Virus record (IMG/VR): IMGVR_UViG_3300045988_120048
Coordinates: 1-64,000 of that record
Origin: a virus
DNA: 64,000 bases
Direction: 5' to 3' (one strand)
Below are positions 1 to 8,946 of this stretch, piece after piece; within the stretch, counting starts at the first letter, position 1, and each line of letters begins with the position of its first letter. The notes under the pieces were generated by a model that was given only the letters and a program-made list of their open reading frames with translations, was not told the origin of the DNA and made no database searches. The translations under genes and the position numbers were made by a program.

Positions 1-198
1 AAGGAGATTTAGTATATGTAGATGGAAGTATGTATAGAGTGTCAGATTTATGCTGGCACTTTAATACTAATCCAAAGGAAGAACATGAAATAGTAATCAC
101 ATTAAATCAGGTGAATTAAGATGATAGACTTTCCAGAAATTTGGTATAGCTAAAGAATAGTAGGCTATATCTCTAATTAGTTAACTAAAAAAAAAACA

Positions 199-495
199 AT
201 GGAAAAAGGAAACAAAATGTACAGTGCTGAGGTTGTAGACAAAGCAACCTCAGCTGTAGCAATGGGATTTAGTTTAGATGACCGTAGCTTCAAAGAAAGT
301 ATTAAAGAACTTCCTGAGGAAGTACAGGCTATGGTTGTTGCATCAGTGTTAGCGGGACATGTTGCAATTCATGCGCAAATGAGAAAGGTTCTTTCTAAAG
401 CTTCTGAAATTGAGAAGAAGTTGAAGGAAATGAAGAATCCTACCAAAGAGGATGCAGACAAACTTTTCAAAGAAGCCTTTGAGAAAATGGGCTAG
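199..495 (+). CDS. hypothetical protein (ends at TAG; true stop may be the TAA at 514-516 if TAG is a sense codon)
   Basis: Provided ORF track, 98 aa, no recognisable motif. Confidence 0.4.
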   Translation: MEKGNKMYSAEVVDKATSAVAMGFSLDDRSFKESIKELPEEVQAMVVASVLAGHVAIHAQMRKVLSKASEIEKKLKEMKNPTKEDADKLFKEAFEKMG

Positions 496-917
496 GGAAA
501 GCAGCAATCCTAAAAGAATTGAGTTACACCTCTCAATTAAATGAAAAGGTGAACTTGGGAGCTACCTATGTAGTTGCAAATACATAGGACAGGTGATAAG
601 GCGAAATATGATTATTATCTAAGTAACCAAAGTACGTTCGATTCGTATGGCTCTCACAATTCCCTCTAAAATAGGATAACATCTCCTTAAAAGAAAGTAA
701 ATAGTCCCTGTCCACAAGTATAGCTGTTAACTTTCTTATCTGTAGGCTATAGAAGAGATAGTTACTAGGTTCGATACCTAGAGAGGGAACACATTTCTAG
801 TTTTGTATAGTTTTGAGTGAATAATAGTAGCTCCGCTTGAAAAATTATACTGACTGACAGTCAAAGACTGTAACTTTTCCTAGACGTAACAAATCCTCGC
901 TAGGGAGGTGAAATTCT

Positions 918-1172
918 ATGTTGAAGAATTTTAAAGCTATTATCACTACAAACAAAGATGCACAGGTTGGTCAGAATCAGCAGAAGGCTGTTGTAAATCT
1001 CCCATTTGAATTGGGGATTACAATTGACAAGAACAACCAGATTCATGACATCCATCCTAGAACTTTCCTTGGTGTGGATTTATTCTCCAAGTATCATGGT
1101 CGCACTATGGATTGGTGCTCAGACTTAGTAGAGGAGATGCGCGGACTTCACGAGGAGAAGATCAATGGCTAA
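918..1172 (+). CDS. hypothetical protein
   Basis: ORF track, 84 aa; its stop overlaps the start of the next ORF (ATGGCTAA). Confidence 0.4.
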   Translation: MLKNFKAIITTNKDAQVGQNQQKAVVNLPFELGITIDKNNQIHDIHPRTFLGVDLFSKYHGRTMDWCSDLVEEMRGLHEEKING

Positions 1173-1575
1173 GAAGTTTGATGCTGAGGCGCATATTGTA
1201 GGATTAAATACATTGCGCCACCAGCTAGCTAGAACTCCTTTTACAAGTGATACAATCCGAGAAGGATTTAAGAGTTGTGGAATACCATCAAATACAGTAT
1301 TTTGGACGGTATTTTCCAACTCTGAACTTGTAAAGCAAATTGGAGATGACTTGTATTGCTTTAATAATCCTAATAAGCCTATTCATTTTCATAAGCTTAA
1401 CGAGATTTATAAGGAATACCAAAAGAAAGTGAATACGTACCATAATAAATGGTACGATAAGAAGAGACGTAAGGATGTACTTAAAAGACCTGATATACAA
1501 GCTGCGATCAAACTCTTAAGAGAGAATGGTATGGATGTTGTACTCAGTGTCCAAAAGATATGTCTTGATATATAA
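1165..1575 (+). CDS. hypothetical protein
   Basis: ORF track, 136 aa, TAA stop. Confidence 0.45.
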   Translation: MAKKFDAEAHIVGLNTLRHQLARTPFTSDTIREGFKSCGIPSNTVFWTVFSNSELVKQIGDDLYCFNNPNKPIHFHKLNEIYKEYQKKVNTYHNKWYDKKRRKDVLKRPDIQAAIKLLRENGMDVVLSVQKICLDI

Positions 1576-1727
1576 TCTTTTATTGGGTTAGGATAGTATT
1601 TATGAGGAAGACTTGATTTAGATCAATTTACAAATTTTAACAGTATTTGATTTTGCAATTTTCTTTGTAGATACTATCTTTGCTATACAATTTTATAAGA
1701 GAGAATAAGAGGTTAATAAAAACCTAT

Positions 1728-1800
1728 GTCGTGGTGGTGTTAGTGGTTAGCATGTTAGCCTTCCAAGCTAAATGGGTGGGTTCGAGTCCCATTCACGACT
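1728..1800 (+). tRNA. tRNA-Gly (anticodon UCC)
   Basis: Cloverleaf folded by hand: acceptor GTCGTGG/TCACGAC, anticodon stem TTAGC/GCTAA with loop CTTCCAA, T-arm GTGGG-TTCGAGT-CCCAT. Confidence 0.65.
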
Positions 1801-1942
1801 CTTCTTTTCATCAACAAGATGGCGCACAGCAAAATTACTTATTCCAAACGCAATTTTATGGTAATTGAGTATTCGGAGGTTGTCCGAAGTAAATAAACAA
1901 CCAAAACGCCATCTGATTAGTTATGAATTTTTTGGTTATAGA

Positions 1943-1968
1943 TATAAGAACACTGACAGCAATTTTGT
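1943..1968 (+). promoter_or_regulatory. conserved intergenic motif TAAGA...ACAGCAA...TTT, instance a
   Basis: TATAAGAACACTGACAGCAATTTTG; the same motif recurs at 2033, 12758, 12901, 13084, 13815, 14143, 14255, 27613 and 33560. Confidence 0.5.
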
Positions 1969-2032
1969 TCCGCAACTTTTTGGAAGTACAAAAGTGTTCT
2001 GTTCTCTGACATTTCTTGTAATTTTTAAAGTT

Positions 2033-2060
2033 ATAATAAGAGTATTTACAGCAAACTTTA
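2033..2060 (+). promoter_or_regulatory. conserved intergenic motif, instance b
   Basis: ATAATAAGAGTATTTACAGCAAACTTTACG, about 60 nt upstream of tRNA-Glu. Confidence 0.5.
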
Positions 2061-2117
2061 CGATTTGAATTTTAAACTTATTTTGCTAAAAATACCTTTC
2101 GTTTGTACTCTGCTTCT

Positions 2118-2189
2118 ATCGCCATCGTCTAGTGGTTAGGACTCAACATTTTCAATGTTGCAACACCAGTCCGAATCTGGTTGGCGATG
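2118..2189 (+). tRNA. tRNA-Glu (anticodon UUC), CCA encoded
   Basis: Acceptor ATCGCCA/TGGCGAT, D-arm GTCT..GGAC, anticodon stem CAACA/TGTTG with loop TTTTCAA, T-arm ACCAG-TCCGAAT-CTGGT, discriminator G followed by CCA. Confidence 0.6.
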
Positions 2190-2384
2190 CCATATCACTT
2201 ATCTAGTGATAGAAGTGCGGACCTATTACGCATATAGGTCATAGAATCCTCAGTGTTATCTGTACACTATAATGACAGAAGGATGTGACTACGCCAAAAG
2301 AGAGTCAGTTAGAAGGTAATCTAGAAACCTTCCACCACTATCTGTATTCAATTACAAGAGCTTGAGGAACTCGATAGTGGATTC

Positions 2385-2468
2385 GTACGGTTAGCCAAGT
2401 GGACGACGGCAATAGGCTGTTAACCTATCAGAGTAATCTCATCGTAGGTTCGAATCCTACACCGTGCG
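2385..2468 (+). tRNA. type II (long variable arm) tRNA with apparent anticodon GUU (Asn-like); atypical
   Basis: Acceptor GTACGGT/ACCGTGC, 3-bp D stem GCC/GGC with an 11-nt loop, anticodon stem ATAGG/CCTAT with loop CTGTTAA, 15-nt variable arm containing a GAG/CTC hairpin, T-arm GTAGG-TTCGAAT-CCTAC. Confidence 0.5.
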
Positions 2469-2469
2469 C

Positions 2470-3039
2470 ATGATTTCTGATGATATTAAACAACAAGTAA
2501 TCGAATTGAGGAAGCAAGGAAAGACTTACCCTTAGATTCATGAACTTACTGGAGTAGCTAAAAGCTCTATATCTGACATTTGCAGACCATTGGGTTTAGG
2601 AGGAAATAAGGTAATTCCGCTTACTACAGAACTGATAAGAAAAGCACAAGAATTATATGATGAGATTGGAAGCATTAAGGAAGTTGGTAAAAAATTGGGT
2701 GTTAGTTATGATAGGCTAAATAAAGTAGTTATTCTAAAGAGACCATCCAATATCCCTAAATCAGAGGTAGTAATTCGATGGAGGAATAGGGTTAAGACTA
2801 AGCTAGTAGAGTATAAAGGAGGAAAATGTCAATGCTGCGGATACAATAGGTGTATAAGAGCATTAGAATTTCATCATCTTGATCCTAGTCAGAAGGATTT
2901 TACCATATCTGGAAAAAGTAAATCATTTGAAACGCTTAAAAAAGAAGCAGATAAATGTATTTTAGTATGCTCAAATTGTCATAAAGAAATTCACGCTGGT
3001 ATTAGAAAAATAGAAGATGAAGAAATATATTTATACTAA
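2470..3039 (+). CDS. HNH homing endonuclease with N-terminal HTH; one in-frame TAG at 2533-2535
   Basis: ATG at 2470 gives MISDDIKQQVIELRKQGKTYP-TAG-IHELTGVAKSSISDI, a classic HTH if TAG is a sense codon. It runs in frame into track ORF 2590-3039, which carries the HNH-type motifs CxxC...HH...CxxCH. TAA stop. Confidence 0.6.
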
Positions 3040-3254
3040 CGACATTACGAGAAATATTTGGACAGAATACCCTATGATGAATTTTCCAGATACTTCTCAT
3101 ACTTATGTCTCTTTAGAAGTTCTTAAGAAAGTTCTTTCTAAAGATGAATTTAGAGAGTTACAATTAAAGGTAAGAAAATACTGAGTCCTAAAAACAAAGT
3201 CGAAGTACAAGACTAGTTACTGTTTGTGCCAGAGTGCTTTTTCAGTAACATTTT

Positions 3255-3328
3255 GGGGTCTGTGATGTAATTGGCTAACATATCACTTTTGCAAAGTGAA
3301 ATTTAGGGTTCGAATCCCTCAGACTCCA
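3255..3328 (+). tRNA. tRNA-Ala (anticodon UGC)
   Basis: Acceptor GGGGTCT/AGACTCC with the G3:U70 pair diagnostic of Ala; anticodon stem TCACT/AGTGA with loop TTTGCAA; T-loop TTCGAAT. Confidence 0.7.
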
Positions 3329-3480
3329 CTTCCCTTTTAGTATTTAATAAAAGTAGTAAATTACGTAGAACTGATCCAACGACGGATTTCCTCAATATAG
3401 GTACCGAGTTCTTATTCATTCTTAGAAGTACCTTTTATAAAATAATAGTATTGGTATGTGAATATAGAGTACATTTTTAT

Positions 3481-3555
3481 CCACGGTTAGCTCAACTGGA
3501 CTAGAGCGAGAGTTTCCTAAACTCTAGGTTATAGGTTCGAGTCCTGTACCGTGGA
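3481..3555 (+). tRNA. tRNA-Arg (anticodon CCU)
   Basis: Acceptor CCACGGT/ACCGTGG, D-arm GCTC..GAGC, anticodon stem AGAGT/ACTCT with loop TTCCTAA, T-arm ATAGG-TTCGAGT-CCTGT. Confidence 0.7.
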
Positions 3556-3620
3556 CACTTTGTTTTGTAGGCATGATATGCAAGCTAGGAAGTCTATGTG
3601 AATAGATTTTCTAGCGAATT

Positions 3621-3693
3621 GGGACAATAGCTTAGATGGTCTGAGCGTTGGACTGAAAATCTAAAGGTCGTGGATCGTTACCACGTTGTCCCA
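3621..3693 (+). tRNA. tRNA-Phe (anticodon GAA)
   Basis: Acceptor GGGACAA/TTGTCCC, D-arm GCTT..GAGC, anticodon stem TTGGA/TCTAA with loop CTGAAAA, T-arm CGTGG-ATCGTTA-CCACG (unusual T-loop). Confidence 0.6.
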
Positions 3694-4012
3694 CTCATTG
3701 CAGCAGTACACCTCTCAAGGAAGTGGCAACTTAAGATAGGTAATGCAATTTTCTATACTTAAAATACTGTAGGAAAAGGTATAGACGTTAGTAACAGACG
3801 TGATGACTTAATTGTGGATAGAAAAGTTGTTACACCACAATACTTAGTGTCACATAAAGCATAAAAGTAGCGCCGACTGCCAATTGGTATTCGCGCTTGC
3901 TAAGTATCTTAGACTTAGAAACTGGATTTTAAAGGTAGGAGACAAAAACCCATTGCTCTACTAAGTTAGTCAGGATTAAATAAGGAAACTTGGGTTCTTT
4001 ACTAAGTCATTT

Positions 4013-4096
4013 GGGAGAGTAACCGGTAATTGGTAGCCGCACGGACTGTAAATCCGTTCCCTAACAGGACTGGGAGTTCGAGTCTCTCCTCTCCCA
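4013..4096 (+). tRNA. tRNA-Tyr (anticodon GUA), type II
   Basis: Acceptor GGGAGAG/CTCTCCC, anticodon stem ACGGA/TCCGT with loop CTGTAAA, long variable arm, T-arm GGGAG-TTCGAGT-CTCTC. Confidence 0.7.
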
Positions 4097-4205
4097 CTTC
4101 TCAAATCAACAATTAAAAGACACAAATCAACGACAAAACGCAAACATTGTTTTATTGTTTGTTTTTGTTTTAGTAGAATTGCCTGTGAAGGTAGTTCTAC
4201 TTTAT

Positions 4206-4276
4206 TGGACTATGGTGTAACGGTAGCACAACAGATTTTGGTTCTGTTAGTCCCGGTTCGAATCCGAGTGGTCCAA
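4206..4276 (+). tRNA. tRNA-Gln (anticodon UUG)
   Basis: U1:A72 acceptor pair (TGGACTA/TGGTCCA) typical of bacterial tRNA-Gln; anticodon stem ACAGA/TCTGT with loop TTTTGGT; T-loop TTCGAAT. Confidence 0.65.
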
Positions 4277-4321
4277 CAATTTTTGGATGTAGCATAGATA
4301 ATTTAAATGTTTAATTAAATT

Positions 4322-4493
4322 GTATTAAAATGAAAAAGTTAATTTTTGCATTTGCACTGATGTTTGGAGCAATGTTTGCTTCATGTGGAAATTCTACTAA
4401 CTCAGCTAACGCTGACAATGACAGTATTGATACTGTTCAGGTAGATACCCTCAATGCAGACACTGCTTCAGTTGACACTGTGTGTATGGATTA
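4322..4493 (+). CDS. small secreted or lipoprotein-like hypothetical (about 57 aa; MKKLIFAFALMFGAMFASCGNS...)
   Basis: ATG followed by a hydrophobic signal-like segment and a Cys (lipobox-like); too short for the ORF track. Confidence 0.3.
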
Positions 4494-4578
4494 ATCCCAA
4501 CTTGGCAAGATCTCTCTAAAGAGAGTTAAACCCTTAGGTGGAATATACTAAGGCACGCACATCGAAAGATGTGCTTAC

Positions 4579-4655
4579 GGGCTCATAGCTCAGTAGGTTA
4601 GAGCAGGTCACTCATAATGACAAGGTCGGGAGATCATACCTCTCTGGGCCCACCA
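4579..4655 (+). tRNA. tRNA with CAU anticodon (Met, fMet or Ile2 class), CCA encoded
   Basis: Acceptor GGGCTCA/TGGGCCC followed by A and CCA; D-arm GCTC..GAGC; anticodon loop CTCATAA; T-arm GGGAG-ATCATAC-CTCTC (unusual T-loop). A GCACATC-GAAA-GATGTGC hairpin lies immediately upstream. Confidence 0.55.
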
Positions 4656-4719
4656 AACAAAATATGGTAATTTAGCAAGTAATTAATAATTTAACCTGAA
4701 GCATTAAAATAACATATAT

Positions 4720-4802
4720 CGCGGGGGAGTGAAACGGACATTTATAAATCATGTCGGGGCTCATAATCCGTACGATAGTGGGTTAGACTCCCACACCCGC
4801 CA
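4720..4802 (+). ncRNA. atypical tRNA-like element (initiator-like 5' end CGCGGGG, internal CTCATAA loop, a hairpin with a 9-nt loop TTATAAATC)
   Basis: T-arm GTGGG-TTAGACT-CCCAC and a D-like GAGTGAAACGG are clear, but the body is about 10 nt too long for a canonical cloverleaf and the acceptor pairs imperfectly (1:72 C:C). It shares 5' and T-arm features with the CAU tRNA at 6531. Confidence 0.35.
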
Positions 4803-4829
4803 CATTATTAACAATAAAAATATATAAGT

Positions 4830-5102
4830 ATGTTTATAGTTCAAGTAACTTCTAGAGCATTCATCAGAGTATTTAATGATGAACTCGTAATTACTCCTGA
4901 TAAGGAGAAGGCAACAAAGTATGAAACAATTGGTGACGCAATGCGAGCAGCTGCACTTGCCAATGATTTTCTTGAATCAAAAACCATTCGTGCTATAAGG
5001 TACAATGGTGATGATTTAAGAGCTATCCTTGAATATGCTAAGGATAATAACTTAATGGACAAACCATTTGTAGAGGTGTATAATCTTTATAAGCGTCAGT
5101 AA
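4830..5102 (+). CDS. hypothetical protein
   Basis: ORF track, 90 aa. Confidence 0.45.
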   Translation: MFIVQVTSRAFIRVFNDELVITPDKEKATKYETIGDAMRAAALANDFLESKTIRAIRYNGDDLRAILEYAKDNNLMDKPFVEVYNLYKRQ

Positions 5103-5376
5103 GAATATAGTTCCAGTCGGTACTGGATAATTTCCTTAGCCCTTCTATGAGTCCTAGGCTAGAAGAGCTCTGTCTTTCCTATAGAAACCGGTGCACTCCA
5201 AAATGGAAAGATTACTGTTAAAAACATTGAAGCGAAGTTTCCTCTCTTGGAGTTTTGTACCTTCACATTCTCAGGTTTCTAGTAATCCATAAACTAGTGA
5301 CTTTTGTTGATTTTCAACAAGAAAATGCTGAGGATTGACATTATCCCAAATTAATGTTAGGCTCATAAAGAGTAAC

Positions 5377-5434
5377 ACGTAGGAGACCTTCTAGTAGTTT
5401 GAGAATAAAGCTAGAAACTCCTACGTCATTTTTT
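5377..5434 (+). terminator. long-stem hairpin (ACGTAGGAG...CTCCTACGT) followed by a T-run; candidate terminator or structured RNA
   Basis: 9-bp perfect inverted repeat with a 32-nt loop, followed by CATTTTTTAT. Confidence 0.35.
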
Positions 5435-5538
5435 ATAGATCTTCTCTCTTGAAATAAATATGACTATCCCAGTGTTAGTATTCTTTTTGAACTTTAAAAG
5501 ATTTAAAGTATATTTGAATACTTAAAAGTTCAAAAAAT

Positions 5539-6129
5539 ATGAATTGGGATAAGGAAATTGACAAATTAAAACATTATGTTTTTGTAGAAAAACTTTCATA
5601 TGAAGCTATTGGAAGAATTTATAATTGTTCTGGAAGCAATATTAAGAGAGTTATGACAAGAAGAGGTATAGATTTACCCATTAAATCTAGGAATGCTGGG
5701 AAGATTCCTGTAAATAAAGGAACAGGTAAAAAGCATTACTGTCTAAATTGTGGAAAGGAACTTGGAGGTTCACACAAGTATTGCTCTAATAAATGTTAGA
5801 TGGATTATGAATACAAGCAATGGGTGACAAAATATAAAGAGGACAACTCTATTGCTAAATCTACAAAGTGGGGCTAGATACCAAAAGTTTTAAAACGATA
5901 TATCTTTGAGAAATTTGAGAATAAATGTTGTAAGTGTGGATGGCATGAAGTTAATCCTTACACTAATACAATCCCCTTAGAAATTGATCACATAGATGGA
6001 AATGCAGAGAATAATTCTGAGGACAACTTACAATTAATTTGTCCAAACTGCCACTCCTTAACATCTACATATAGAGGGGCAAATAGAGGACATGGCAGGA
6101 ATATTACTTGGACTATCAAAGATGAATAA
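5539..6129 (+). CDS. HNH homing endonuclease (N-terminal domain paralogous to 26747 and 14331 genes); two in-frame TAGs at 5797 and 5875
   Basis: Track ORF 5539-5799 (zinc-ribbon CLNCGKE...YCSNKC) continues in frame through TAG into ...CCKCGWHEVNPY...EIDHIDGN...NLQLICPNCH (HNH motifs) and ends at TAA 6127-6129. Confidence 0.6.
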
Positions 6130-6329
6130 GTTCTCTAAGCTTTAAGGTGAAGCACGAAACTTTTAATTTCGGGAAAACGGGTCAGTACCGTTAGGGAACA
6201 CCAGGTGATAAATAATCATAGACGCTGTTTGAATCAAATGGCAGTACTACTGTTCGTGAGAATCGTGTGTGGGTAGCTTTCGGGCTATACGTGTTCCTAA
6301 GTCTCTACACGATAAAGAAGAGACGAGAT

Positions 6330-6403
6330 GGCGGAATAGCTCAGCTGGTTAGAGCGCAACATTCATAATGTTGAGGTCGTAGGTTCAAGCCCTACTTCCG
6401 CTA
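6330..6403 (+). tRNA. tRNA with CAU anticodon (Met or Ile2 class)
   Basis: Acceptor GGCGGAA/TTCCGCT (G1:U72), D-arm GCTC..GAGC, anticodon stem CAACA/TGTTG with loop TTCATAA, T-arm GTAGG-TTCAAGC-CCTAC. Confidence 0.65.
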
Positions 6404-6530
6404 CTAAGGTATAGAAACTGCAAACAAGGTTAATTTAGACAATGCCCTTCAATCGTAAAGATAGCGAACTGTTCGTAAGGAATATAGTCGTTGCGTGAGT
6501 CTATCTAATCGCCTGATACCTTTTTAACAT

Positions 6531-6603
6531 CCGGGGTGAGTGAAACGGCTTACACGTCTGTCTCATAAGCAGAAAACAGTGGGTTCGACTCCCACACACC
6601 CGA
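6531..6603 (+). tRNA. tRNA-like with CAU anticodon (initiator-like; imperfect acceptor stem)
   Basis: D-arm GTGA..ACAC, anticodon stem TCTGT/GCAGA with loop CTCATAA, T-arm GTGGG-TTCGACT-CCCAC; acceptor CCGGGGT/ACACCCG has two mismatches. Confidence 0.5.
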
Positions 6604-6953
6604 ACAATTAAACTTACATAATTACGGATTATAAGAGTTTAATAGTTGTTTAACTTTTAAAAATTAAATTATTATGTTTAAATTTGTAAAGAAAGCCGTA
6701 AGTTGGTACTTTAGAAAGTACTCAGAGTTGTATAAGATGGGATACTTGAATCCCTGTGCTTAAGATTAACTAATTATTTACTAAAATTAATTATGATGAT
6801 GAAGACACTTAAGAGAGCAATTAAATGGTACTTAAATTTGGCAGCCAAGACATATGCCTGGACTCCAAGTTGCACAATTCCTTACATTAAGTACAAAGAT
6901 TAATAGATTAATTATAGGATATTCTCAATTGGAGAATACTCCTGCTGCTGTGG

Positions 6954-6990
6954 TGTGATGGTCGCAAATAGAGTTCGATTCTCTATACAC
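6954..6990 (+). ncRNA. tRNA minihelix-like element (acceptor-like stem plus T-arm, no anticodon arm)
   Basis: GTGTGAT...TAGAG-TTCGATT-CTCTA-TACAC; preceded by hairpin GGATATTCTC-aattg-GAGAATACTCC at 6917-6942. Confidence 0.3.
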
Positions 6991-7088
6991 TAACTAATTT
7001 CCTGTCAAGCCTCTTAACAATGCTCAAATCGTACAGGCTCATTTTGAAAACAATAATTATGATATACAAATTTCTTTAAGAAAGGATG

Positions 7089-7200
7089 GCTCTATGGGGG
7101 AATGGTAGACCCGACAGACTTAGAAATAATTTCATTCATAATTTTGAGTGCTCTGATACGAAAGTTCAGAAGTAGAATCTCCCTAATTAAACAACTTAAT
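7089..7200 (+). pseudogene. degenerate tRNA-Leu(UAG)-like pseudogene
   Basis: GGCTCTATGGGGGAATGGTAGACCCGACAGACTTAGAA closely parallels the 5' half of tRNA-Leu at 8476 (GGGGCTATGGGGAAACTGGCTAGACCCAGCAGACTTAGGA) but lacks a matching 3' half. Confidence 0.4.
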
Positions 7201-7684
7201 AAGGTTGAAACACCTATAAGACTAGAATCTTAGAAAATGGAATTATACCGAGTAATCGTTATAATGAATTAAGTTGCGACAGAAGCCTCATCTATGGTGA
7301 CATAGGTTTTGGTGATGACGAGCTAAATTGAATATGCAATAGTACGTATAGAAAATGATTAGTATCTTCCGAGACTAGGCAAAAGGTATTAGTAAGTTTA
7401 AATACAAAATTTTCTATATTTGTGTATTCATAAATGTGTAGAGACTATACAGGAGATACCTAAGTTAATTAAAAGGAATGGTTTAGACTTCATCCTTAGT
7501 AATAAGGTTATAAGAGTAATGCATTATGTAAAAAAGGAGACGCTCATTGAGAGGTAAAACCTAATTCCTTACTTCGAAGTTAATTGATAAGGTAATAAAA
7601 TAGTCCAGACTACAATAACTTAAAAAAGAACAAAAGTGCCTGAATAGTTCAAGATGTGGCGCCGTAGAATAGACGAGAACATTT

Positions 7685-7770
7685 TTAAGTTAGCTTGTGT
7701 AAAAGCAAGTGTGGTAGGAAAATCTGTTGTCCAGGAATGGGCGTGCGAGTTCGACTCTCGCTAGAGCTAC
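7685..7770 (+). ncRNA. tRNA-like ncRNA candidate (T-arm GCGAG-TTCGACT-CTCGC, paired ends AGCTTGT/TAGAGCT, non-canonical body of about 88 nt)
   Basis: Clear T-arm and partially pairing termini, but no canonical D or anticodon arms; it lies in a 1.2-kb noncoding stretch upstream of the vWA/TROVE-like gene. Confidence 0.3.
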
Positions 7771-7796
7771 AAACATTAACATAAAAAAGAAAAGAA

Positions 7797-8342
7797 ATGG
7801 ATTATAGAGATAAATCAATTCACAAGTTGTTGATTTCAATAACTGATTCTTATAAGAAAGCTTCTACTAATAGTTCTAGATATTATCAAAAAGGATCTAC
7901 TACGATTAGGTTTTCTGATCATTACAGCGAACATGAGTTTGTTGATTTTGAAATAGTCAAGCTTTCCAACGGTTGCTATTATTTTACTGACAAGGATCTT
8001 GCAATAACTTCTTGCTTTTATAAGGAAGATATTGTAGGATTTTTAAAAAGTTACTTTAGTATAAGGGATTTATTTGCAAGTCATATAAAGAGCTTACTAA
8101 AGGCTCTCAAAAAGACTAACAAGGAGCTTCAAAAAGTCCATAAAGATCTGAATAGTGCTAAGCTGCGATCAGACTTGGAAGTAGCTGACTCTATATATGA
8201 GGAGAACAAAAGTCTAAAGGAACAATGCAAGACTATAAAGGTAGAACTAAACAACCTTAAGGGAAAGCTACAGAGTAGCAATAAGGCTTTACTGAAAGCA
8301 TCAAATGTAATAAAAGACGCTATCAATACTATTAAAATATAA
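7797..8342 (+). CDS. hypothetical coiled-coil protein
   Basis: ORF track, 181 aa; C-terminal heptad-like K/E/L-rich segment. Confidence 0.45.
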   Translation: MDYRDKSIHKLLISITDSYKKASTNSSRYYQKGSTTIRFSDHYSEHEFVDFEIVKLSNGCYYFTDKDLAITSCFYKEDIVGFLKSYFSIRDLFASHIKSLLKALKKTNKELQKVHKDLNSAKLRSDLEVADSIYEENKSLKEQCKTIKVELNNLKGKLQSSNKALLKASNVIKDAINTIKI

Positions 8343-8475
8343 CATTATGGATTTACAAGAACTAAAGTATTTGCTAGATTATGCCAAAAAGCATAATATG
8401 ATGCATAAACCATTTATTAGTGTTTATCAAGCTTGGTCTAAGGAATTAGAAAAGGCTTATTCCAATTAAAGGTTT

Positions 8476-8560
8476 GGGGCTATGGGGAAACTGGCTAGAC
8501 CCAGCAGACTTAGGATCTGCCGCTGAAATACGCATGTGAGTTCGAATCTCACTAGCCCCA
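8476..8560 (+). tRNA. tRNA-Leu (anticodon UAG), type II
   Basis: Acceptor GGGGCTA/TAGCCCC, 3-bp D stem GGG/CCC, anticodon stem GCAGA/TCTGC with loop CTTAGGA, long variable arm, T-arm GTGAG-TTCGAAT-CTCAC. Confidence 0.75.
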
Positions 8561-8576
8561 CAATAAAATAACTAAT

Positions 8577-8924
8577 ATGAAGAAAATTTTATGTGCTTTG
8601 CTACTTGTACTTATAAGTACTAGTGCAGTCTCTCAAAAGGTATTGAGAGCAAAAGGATGCTATGATTCTAACAATACTCCATATATAAAGACAGAAATAC
8701 TTAATAACACATGGAAAGACATTGTATGTTTGGTATTTACAGTAGAATATGGATATACCTCTAAGTATGATGTTAATCGTTACAAAGAGGCTGTGGTGAA
8801 AACCTATATAGAATCAGGCACATCCAAAATAATTACTTATTATCCTCCGAAGAATTATATTCGACCTATGAGGCAAACTCTTAGTAAGGTAATATTCTCG
8901 GATGGGAGTTATAAAAATTTTTAA
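8577..8924 (+). CDS. secreted hypothetical protein (signal peptide)
   Basis: ORF track, 115 aa; N-terminus MKKILCALLLVLISTSAVSQ. Confidence 0.4.
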   Translation: MKKILCALLLVLISTSAVSQKVLRAKGCYDSNNTPYIKTEILNNTWKDIVCLVFTVEYGYTSKYDVNRYKEAVVKTYIESGTSKIITYYPPKNYIRPMRQTLSKVIFSDGSYKNF

Positions 8925-8946
8925 TAATCATGTAAAAAAAAAAAGC

